From: Pseudomonadales bacterium
GTDB lineage: Bacteria; Pseudomonadota; Gammaproteobacteria; Pseudomonadales; DT-91
Assembly (NCBI GenBank): GCA_013215055.1
Contig: JABSRQ010000026.1
Span: 28,109 to 52,108 of the forward strand
DNA length: 24,000 bases
Direction: 5' to 3'
Made by a program: the position numbers and the translations under genes. Positions 18,576 to 24,000 of the stretch are shown piece by piece. The first letter of the stretch is position 1. Every line of letters begins with the position of its first letter. The notes beneath the pieces were generated by a model. It ran no database searches, was not told the DNA's origin, and saw only the letters and a list, made by a program, of their open reading frames with translations.

Positions 18576-18618
18576 AAGCCTTCTATAGCCCTCTCTTATG
18601 GCTGTAGGCTTTATTTTT
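18576..18618 (+). terminator. Terminator-like hairpin plus U-tract in the trpG leader (possible attenuator)
   Basis: AAGCC (18576-18580) pairs with GGCTT (18607-18611). TATAGCC (18584-18590) pairs with GGCTGTA (18600-18606), including one G-U pair. There is a 3-nt bulge and a 9-nt loop, followed by TATTTTT. The structure ends about 60 nt before the trpG ATG. Confidence 0.45.
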
Positions 18619-18679
18619 CCGATAAATCCCATAGAATACATCGCATTTCGTCTTAGCGATCACCACACAGGAGGAGCCT

Positions 18680-19264
18680 ATGTTATTAATGATCGATAAT
18701 TATGATTCCTTTACCTATAACGTGGTGCAATATCTGGCTGAGTTGGGTGCTGATGTACAAGTGTTCCGTAATGATGAAATTACGCTTAAACACATTGAAC
18801 AGTTAAATCCGGAGTATTTGGTGGTATCCCCTGGGCCTTGTAGACCCGATGATGCGGGGATTTCGATGGCCGCGATTAAACATTTTTCTGGTAAATTACC
18901 TATTTTAGGCATCTGCCTGGGGCATCAGAGCATCGCTCAGGCATTTGGTGGTGATATCATTCCTGCCAAACAGGTGATGCATGGCAAGGTCTCGGCAATA
19001 CACCATAATGGTGTGGGTATTTTTAAGACGTTGCCAAGCCCGTATACGGCCACCCGCTACCATTCATTGGTGGTTGATCAGAAAACCTTGCCAGATTGTT
19101 TTGAAATCACGGCCTGGACCGAAGATGATGCCGGAAAACTCGACGAAATCATGGGTTTAAGGCATAAAACGCTGGACATTGAAGGGGTGCAATATCATCC
19201 TGAGTCCATTCTCTCTGAACACGGCCATGCCTTATTAAAGAACTTCTTGGTCAAAACTCAATAA
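18680..19264 (+). CDS. trpG: Anthranilate synthase component II (glutamine amidotransferase; TrpG/PabA type)
   Basis: 194-aa ORF with [10 protein letters not shown], the GICLGHQ nucleophile Cys and YHPES. AGGAGGAG lies 4-11 nt before the ATG. It is followed by trpD and trpC. Confidence 0.92.
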   Translation: MLLMIDNYDSFTYNVVQYLAELGADVQVFRNDEITLKHIEQLNPEYLVVSPGPCRPDDAGISMAAIKHFSGKLPILGICLGHQSIAQAFGGDIIPAKQVMHGKVSAIHHNGVGIFKTLPSPYTATRYHSLVVDQKTLPDCFEITAWTEDDAGKLDEIMGLRHKTLDIEGVQYHPESILSEHGHALLKNFLVKTQ

Positions 19265-19277
19265 TAAAAGGATGCGG

Positions 19278-20318
19278 ATGATGGCCATACAGGCTGTGAT
19301 AAATAAGCTGATTGATAAACAAGACTTATCCGTTGAAGAAATGACGTCGGCTATGCATATCATCATGACCGGGCAGGCCACCGATGCCCAGATTGGTGGC
19401 TTCTTAGTGGCGTTGCGCATGAAGGGTGAAACGGTAGATGAAATCGTCTCGGCTGCCGAGGTGATGCGTGCTTTATCGGCCAAGGTGATTGTAAAGGCTG
19501 AAAAAACCATCGATACCTGTGGTACCGGTGGTGATGGCGCAGGTATCTTTAATGTCTCTACCGCCTGTGCCTTTATTGCCGCCGCGGCAGGGGCTACCGT
19601 AGCTAAACACGGTAATCGCTCGATCACCAGTTCTTCAGGCAGTGCCGATGTATTAGAGGCGGCAGGGGTTAACCTGGATTTAAGCCCAGAACAAGTGGCG
19701 CGCGCAATTGATGAAATTGGTGTGGGTTTTATGTTTGCGGTAAAACACCATGGTGCGATGAAGCATGCAATAGGTCCACGTAAAGAATTGGCGGTTAGAA
19801 CCATCTTTAATATTTTAGGGCCATTAACCAATCCGGCTGCGTGTAAACATCAGGTTTTAGGTGTGTTTGATCAAGCGCTGGTTAAACCGCTGGCTGAGGT
19901 TTTACAGAAGCTTGGCAGTGATCATGTTTTAGTGGTACATGCCGAAGATGGCCTGGATGAGTTAAGTGTGGCCTGTGATTCCCATGTGGCGGAGTTAAAA
20001 GACGGTGAGATACGCTGTTATACCCTCAAGCCTGAAGACTTTGGCCTGGATCGCGGAGTATTGGCAGATATGGTCGTAGATTCAGCCGAAGAGAGTTTAG
20101 CGCTGATTAACGCGGTCTTCTCGGGTAAGGCTTCCGAGGACAAAAAAGTAGCGACGGCGGCGGATATGTTAGCATTAAATGCCGGGGCGGCGATTTATGC
20201 CGCCGATGTGACGCAAACCCTAGCACAGGGTGTTAGCATGGCGCAGGATGTTATTGCCACGGGGCAGGCTTTAGAGAAGTTTAACGAATTTATCGATTTT
20301 ACACGGATGGCCGGGTAA
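19278..20318 (+). CDS. trpD: Anthranilate phosphoribosyltransferase
   Basis: [33 protein letters not shown] and KHGNRS motifs. Three in-frame ATGs are present (19272, 19278, 19281). AAGGA at 19268-19272 favours 19278 or 19281 over the track start of 19272. Confidence 0.94.
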   Translation: MMAIQAVINKLIDKQDLSVEEMTSAMHIIMTGQATDAQIGGFLVALRMKGETVDEIVSAAEVMRALSAKVIVKAEKTIDTCGTGGDGAGIFNVSTACAFIAAAAGATVAKHGNRSITSSSGSADVLEAAGVNLDLSPEQVARAIDEIGVGFMFAVKHHGAMKHAIGPRKELAVRTIFNILGPLTNPAACKHQVLGVFDQALVKPLAEVLQKLGSDHVLVVHAEDGLDELSVACDSHVAELKDGEIRCYTLKPEDFGLDRGVLADMVVDSAEESLALINAVFSGKASEDKKVATAADMLALNAGAAIYAADVTQTLAQGVSMAQDVIATGQALEKFNEFIDFTRMAG

Positions 20319-21148
20319 TGATGTCAGATTATATAATTAACAGTGATGCAACACCGACGGTGTTAGTGAAGATTCTGCAGCGTAAGCTGGAAGAAATTGC
20401 GCAGCGCAGCGAAAAAACCTCGATTGAGCAGTTAAAGCAAAAAGCATCTATGCAAAACCCTGCTAGAGGTTTTATCAAGGCCATGCAGGAAAAAGTTGCA
20501 GCAGGGCAGTCGGCGGTGATTGCCGAGGTGAAAAAAGCTTCTCCTAGCAAAGGCGTGATTCGTGAAAACTTTATGCCAGCAGAGATTGCGGCCAGTTATG
20601 AAGAGGCCGGGGCTGCCTGTATTTCGGTGTTAACCGACAGGGACTTTTTTCAGGGCCATGAGTCCTATCTGGTTGAAGCACGGGCTGAGACCGAGTTACC
20701 GGTTATCCGTAAAGATTTTATTATTGATGAATACCAGGTTTATGAAGCCCGTGCCATGGGGGCCGATTGTATTTTATTGATTGTTGCCGTGTTTATGCAG
20801 CAATTTGAAAAACTGAAGTCCTTGCATCAATTAGCCAATGATTTAGGCATGGATGTCTTGGTGGAGGTACATGACGGTGCCGAGCTGGAGCTGGCCCTAT
20901 CATTGAATTTACAGATGGTGGGTATTAATAACCGTAATTTACATAACTTTGAAACCAGCTTAAATAACACCTATAACTTATTGGATAAGATTCCCGATAA
21001 CGTTTTGGTGGTCACTGAAAGTGGTATTCATAGCGAAGATGATGTGGATGCGATGCGTGAACATGGCGTTAACGCTTTCTTGGTGGGTGAGGCGTTTATG
21101 CGTGCCGAAGACCCGGGTGCCGAGTTGCAGAGATTGTTTTATAGTTGA
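20318..21148 (+). CDS. trpC: Indole-3-glycerol-phosphate synthase
   Basis: 276-aa ORF with [30 protein letters not shown] and INNRNL motifs. A TAATG stop/start overlap couples it to trpD. Confidence 0.95.
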   Translation: MMSDYIINSDATPTVLVKILQRKLEEIAQRSEKTSIEQLKQKASMQNPARGFIKAMQEKVAAGQSAVIAEVKKASPSKGVIRENFMPAEIAASYEEAGAACISVLTDRDFFQGHESYLVEARAETELPVIRKDFIIDEYQVYEARAMGADCILLIVAVFMQQFEKLKSLHQLANDLGMDVLVEVHDGAELELALSLNLQMVGINNRNLHNFETSLNNTYNLLDKIPDNVLVVTESGIHSEDDVDAMREHGVNAFLVGEAFMRAEDPGAELQRLFYS

Positions 21149-21163
21149 TCTTTAAGCAAAATG

Positions 21164-21205
21164 AAGGCATTAAAAAAGTAGCTTTCGCTACTTTTTTTAT
21201 GCCTT
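21164..21205. terminator. Bidirectional rho-independent terminator between convergent trpC and crp
   Basis: AAGGCATTAAAAAAGTAGC-TTTC-GCTACTTTTTTTATGCCTT. This is a long, near-perfect hairpin with A/T runs on both sides. Confidence 0.8.
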
Positions 21206-21211
21206 CGTGTT

Positions 21212-21844
21212 TTAGCGTGTGCCAAAAACCACCATGGTTTTACCGCTAACGGAAACCAGGCCCTGTTCTTCCAGGGTTTTTAATACACGTCCCGCCATTT
21301 CTCTAGAACAACCAACGATACGGCCAATTTCCTGGCGCGTGATTTTGATTTGCATACCGTCCGGGTGGCTCATCGCATCCGGTTGTTTACACAAATCTAA
21401 TAAGGTACGTGCAACACGGCCGGTGACATCAAGAAAAGCCAGGTCTCCCACTTTTTGGGTGGTATCTTTCAGACGTTTAGCCATCTGACACGACAGTTCA
21501 AATAAGAAGCTAGGCTCTTGTTTATTTAATTCATTAAATTTTTCATAGCTGATCTCGGCAATTTCACAGGCTGTTTTGGTTTTAATCCAGGCAGAGCGGA
21601 TTTCTTCCTGATTAAATAGGCCCATTTCACCGAAAAAGTCACCTTTATTTAAATAGGCAACAATCATTTCTTTACCGTCGTCATCTTCCAGTATGACCGT
21701 AACCGATCCTTCGGTGATATAAAAAAGGCTGTCACTCACATCGCCAGCACAAACAATGGTGCTTTTGGCTGGGAACTTTCTGCGGCTGCTGTGAGCAAGA
21801 AACAGTTCAGCGTTGTTGATGTGGTTGCTTAATGGTTGATTCAT
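21212..21844 (-). CDS. crp: cAMP-receptor-protein-family global regulator (CRP/Vfr)
   Basis: 210-aa ORF with a cNMP-binding domain ([28 protein letters not shown]). The C-terminal [31 protein letters not shown] is nearly identical to the E. coli CRP recognition helix region. Confidence 0.93.
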   Translation of the reverse strand: MNQPLSNHINNAELFLAHSSRRKFPAKSTIVCAGDVSDSLFYITEGSVTVILEDDDGKEMIVAYLNKGDFFGEMGLFNQEEIRSAWIKTKTACEIAEISYEKFNELNKQEPSFLFELSCQMAKRLKDTTQKVGDLAFLDVTGRVARTLLDLCKQPDAMSHPDGMQIKITRQEIGRIVGCSREMAGRVLKTLEEQGLVSVSGKTMVVFGTR

Positions 21845-22091
21845 TTATTCGAAATCCCATGACCATGATTGACTGTTTTTTATTCTTGTGGAGCTTACCC
21901 TGCGCGCTGTTTAGATACCAGAGTCAGAATTCAAAACTTGTTCGCATTGAGCAATAGACAGCAGTTTTTATGCAAAGTTCTGAAAAGCTTGGGATTTCCC
22001 CCAACGCTATTAGTGCGCTAAGCACTGCCGTGGCGATGTTAGCTTATGGTAGTATAGCGGCCTTTCCCAATAGCGAATTATAGGCAGAATA

Positions 22092-22520
22092 ATGAAAGCA
22101 ACCGTTAAATGGCTGGATAATGCCATGTTTGTAGGCGAATCAGGCAGTGGTCATAGTGTAGTGATGGATGGTCCTGAGTCTGCAGGTGGTCGCAATATGG
22201 GTATACGTCCCATGGAAATGTTATTGCTGGGTATGGGCGGCTGTTCAACCTTCGATGTGATGAGTATTCTTAAAAAATCACGCCAGGTCGTACAGGATTG
22301 TAAAGTTGAGATTGAAGCCGAACGTGCCGATGCGGTGCCTGCCGTATTTACCGCTATTCATCTTAAATTTACAGTGACTGGCACTAAGCTTAAAGAAAAG
22401 CAGGTTGAGCGTGCGGTGGCTTTATCGGCCGAGAAATATTGTTCTGCATCCATCATGCTGGAGAATGCCGGTGTTAAAATCACCCATAGCTATGAAATCA
22501 TTGAATTAAGCGAAGCCTGA
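22092..22520 (+). CDS. OsmC-family protein (OsmC/Ohr-like peroxiredoxin fold)
   Basis: 142-aa ORF. PMEMLLLGMGGCSTFDV and ALSAEKYCSAS carry the two conserved Cys positions of the OsmC family. Confidence 0.85.
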   Translation: MKATVKWLDNAMFVGESGSGHSVVMDGPESAGGRNMGIRPMEMLLLGMGGCSTFDVMSILKKSRQVVQDCKVEIEAERADAVPAVFTAIHLKFTVTGTKLKEKQVERAVALSAEKYCSASIMLENAGVKITHSYEIIELSEA

Positions 22521-22548
22521 TTTATTTAATACAGGATAAGAGGCAATA

Positions 22549-22968
22549 ATGGACAGTTCCCCAAAGACAGTTAAACGACCTACTGAAAATTTGGGTCTGC
22601 GTCATGTGGCGTTATTTGTTGCCGATTTAGAGGCTTGTGTCGATTTTTATACCCGCATTGTCGGCATGGAAATTGAGTGGCAGCCAGATGATAACAATGT
22701 TTATCTGACCTCGGGCAGTGATAATCTGGCTTTACATCGCTGGCAGGGGGATGCCATGCCGGCGGCTCAGGTGCTGGATCATATCGGTTTTGTCTTGCCC
22801 TCTATGGAAGCTGTAGATCAGTGGCAGGCATTCTTCCTGGCTGAAGGCGTGAAGGTGGTAAAACCTGCCAAAACCCACCGGGATGGCGCACGCAGTTTTT
22901 ATTGCCGGGATCCTGCAGGCACGTTAATCCAGATGATTTTTCATCCGCCTATTAGTAATAAGAGATAA
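22549..22968 (+). CDS. VOC-family (glyoxalase/bleomycin-resistance/dioxygenase fold) protein
   Basis: 139-aa ORF with LRHVALFVADLEACVDFYTRIVGM, DHIGFVL and FYCRDPAGTLIQM, typical of the vicinal-oxygen-chelate fold. AAGAGG precedes the ATG. Confidence 0.85.
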   Translation: MDSSPKTVKRPTENLGLRHVALFVADLEACVDFYTRIVGMEIEWQPDDNNVYLTSGSDNLALHRWQGDAMPAAQVLDHIGFVLPSMEAVDQWQAFFLAEGVKVVKPAKTHRDGARSFYCRDPAGTLIQMIFHPPISNKR

Positions 22969-23113
22969 AATATAGCAATAAGATATAAGCTTTACAGGTC
23001 GCATAGCGATTAAGTTTGAAAAAAACGTCAATCCTGCCACAAATCTCCCTAGCTGAACTAAGCTTAAATTACGTTTACATATTGCCCATTTATATAAGCT
23101 TGGGAGGGCTGGG

Positions 23114-24000
23114 ATGTCGCAATTATTCGATAGGTTTAAGTCGAAGTTAGGTCACACAAACACTGCCGTTATTAACGAAAACACTCTTAAAGAAACACAT
23201 CAAAAAGAATCTGCTTCGCAGGCTGAATCCAGTGTTGTAGCTACTGCTAGCGAGACTCAGACGGAAGATAGCCCTGAATTACAGCCTGAGGCTATTCAAA
23301 GGCAGTTTTATCAAAGTATTTTTAACTGCTCTATAAATATTTCCGGATTATCAACTCAGCGAATGCAGGCCTTGGATGCATTGGCAGAACAGTTTCTTAA
23401 TGATGCTGAATTTCGGGTGAAATCGACACCGCGATTGCCGGCCGTGGTACCCCAGCTTTTACGCTGTTTAAATGATAAAAAATCCAGCAATGACGACTTT
23501 GTTAAGTTGATCAAACAAGACCCCAGTATTGCCGCCGCCGTATTAAAAACCGCCAACTCAGCCTTTTTTAACCCTAATAATAAGGTTATTGATAGCTTTC
23601 AGCGTGCGGTAGTGATTTTAGGCACTCAGGGCCTACGTTCATTATTATGTACCACCATGTTGCAGCCTATTACCTCGGATAAAAAATCGGGTAAATGTAA
23701 TTTTGGTAAATTCCTGTGGGCACATTCCCTGCGCACCGGTATCAGCTCGCAGCTGATTGCAGCGACTCAGCGTGGCGATCCTTTTTTGGGTTATTTGGCC
23801 GGTTTATTTAATAATATCGGTGACATTACGTTGTTTAGTCAGCTATCGAGCTGGGATTTCAGCGATGAATCTGAAATGGCCAGTGGCTTTTATTATCTAC
23901 AACAAAAGTGCGCTAAACCCCTATCGGCTGCGATTATTCAACAGTGGGAGATCCCCGGTGATATCGCTGCGGTGGTGATGGGCGATAGCGAGAATAATAT
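23114..24000 (+). CDS. HDOD domain-containing protein, 3'-truncated by the window edge
   Basis: This ORF is not in the supplied track because it has no in-window stop. GGGAGGG lies 6 nt before ATG 23114, and the frame stays open to position 24000 (295 codons). Hand translation gives MSQLFDRFKSK..., an acidic Ser/Thr-rich ~80-aa N-terminal extension, then LPAVVPQLLRCLNDKKSSNDDFVKLIKQDPSIAAAVLKTANSAFFNP...SFQRAVVILGTQGLRSLL...GLFNNIGD, which is an HDOD signature. Confidence 0.8.
   Translation, partial: MSQLFDRFKSKLGHTNTAVINENTLKETHQKESASQAESSVVATASETQTEDSPELQPEAIQRQFYQSIFNCSINISGLSTQRMQALDALAEQFLNDAEFRVKSTPRLPAVVPQLLRCLNDKKSSNDDFVKLIKQDPSIAAAVLKTANSAFFNPNNKVIDSFQRAVVILGTQGLRSLLCTTMLQPITSDKKSGKCNFGKFLWAHSLRTGISSQLIAATQRGDPFLGYLAGLFNNIGDITLFSQLSSWDFSDESEMASGFYYLQQKCAKPLSAAIIQQWEIPGDIAAVVMGDSENN

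Noticed and set aside
18428-18679. Search for a classical trp leader peptide upstream of trpG. This includes the mini-ORFs MFSITTFCRMPILKS (ATG 18453) and a 34-codon ORF starting at ATG 18598.
   Set aside because: There are no tandem Trp codons. Neither mini-ORF has an SD. The second starts inside the hairpin and overlaps trpG out of frame.
19235-19831. 198-aa minus-strand ORF antisense to trpD. Other antisense track ORFs include 1095-1340, 1453-1894, 5196-5626, 8426-8677, 10320-10598, 12380-12922, 14163-14809, 20329-20550, 21219-21488 and 23356-23556.
   Set aside because: All of them lie entirely inside strongly supported genes on the opposite strand. They have Ala/Cys/Ser/Arg-skewed shadow-frame composition and no SD. 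These are typical spurious antisense ORFs.
22010-22024. AGTGC-N5-GCACT inverted repeat in the crp/OsmC divergent region, considered as a possible CRP/Vfr autoregulatory site. TCACA half-sites near 14931 and 18546 were also considered.
   Set aside because: The arms and spacing do not match TGTGA-N6-TCACA, and the half-sites lack a partner. The evidence is insufficient to call a CRP box.
21970-22083. 37-codon ORF (MQSSEKLGISPNAISALSTAVAMLAYGSIAAFPNSEL) ending 8 nt before the OsmC-family gene. A 32-codon ORF at 21859 was also noted.
   Set aside because: Neither has a Shine-Dalgarno sequence or a recognisable motif. They are short enough to arise by chance in a 247-bp intergenic region.
22983-23101. 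10-nt direct repeat ATATAAGCTT at 22983-22992 and 23092-23101, plus a third AAGCTT at 23060-23065, upstream of the second HDOD gene.
   Set aside because: These are short AT-rich words in an AT-rich intergenic region. They have no associated structure or spacing logic, so they are probably chance.
1-24000. Looked for mobile elements, integrases, CRISPR repeats, tRNA/rRNA genes, toxin-antitoxin pairs and defence-system hallmarks (nucleases, STAND/AAA ATPases, reverse transcriptases, methyltransferase-restriction pairs).
   Set aside because: None was found. Every long ORF except 1003-3180 and 6045-6401 matches a housekeeping or signalling family, and I noticed no direct-repeat arrays or terminal inverted repeats.

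Overview
This window looks like a compact core-genome segment of a gammaproteobacterium with Pseudomonas- or Oceanospirillales-like synteny. I cannot name the organism, and G+C looks mid-40s % by eye. About 90% is coding.

A single co-directional minus-strand string runs from 14848 down to 1003: lptD-surA-pdxA-rsmA, a membrane GGDEF cyclase, apaG-apaH, an orphan ORF, cca, a FolM/PTR1-like reductase, an SGNH esterase and a large hydrolase-like protein. Divergent from lptD on the plus strand are amgK-murU, rpe-gph, a 530-bp spacer and trpG-trpD-trpC. Next come crp (minus strand), an OsmC-family gene and a VOC-family gene. HDOD-domain genes sit at both edges. The right-hand one (23114 to beyond 24000) is missing from the supplied ORF track because it runs off the window.

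I see no rRNA, tRNA, CRISPR array, transposase, integrase or recognisable defence or toxin system. I do not think the window holds a clear-cut novel multi-gene system. The points worth a second look are local:
- a diguanylate cyclase inserted into the classical rsmA-apaGH operon, behind a perfect 11-bp hairpin;
- the gph-trpG junction, which lacks trpE and instead carries an unannotated 42-codon membrane-peptide ORF, palindromes and a terminator-like leader with no Trp leader peptide;
- an AT-rich secreted SGNH esterase paired with a 725-aa GGSGG hydrolase-like protein of unknown function.
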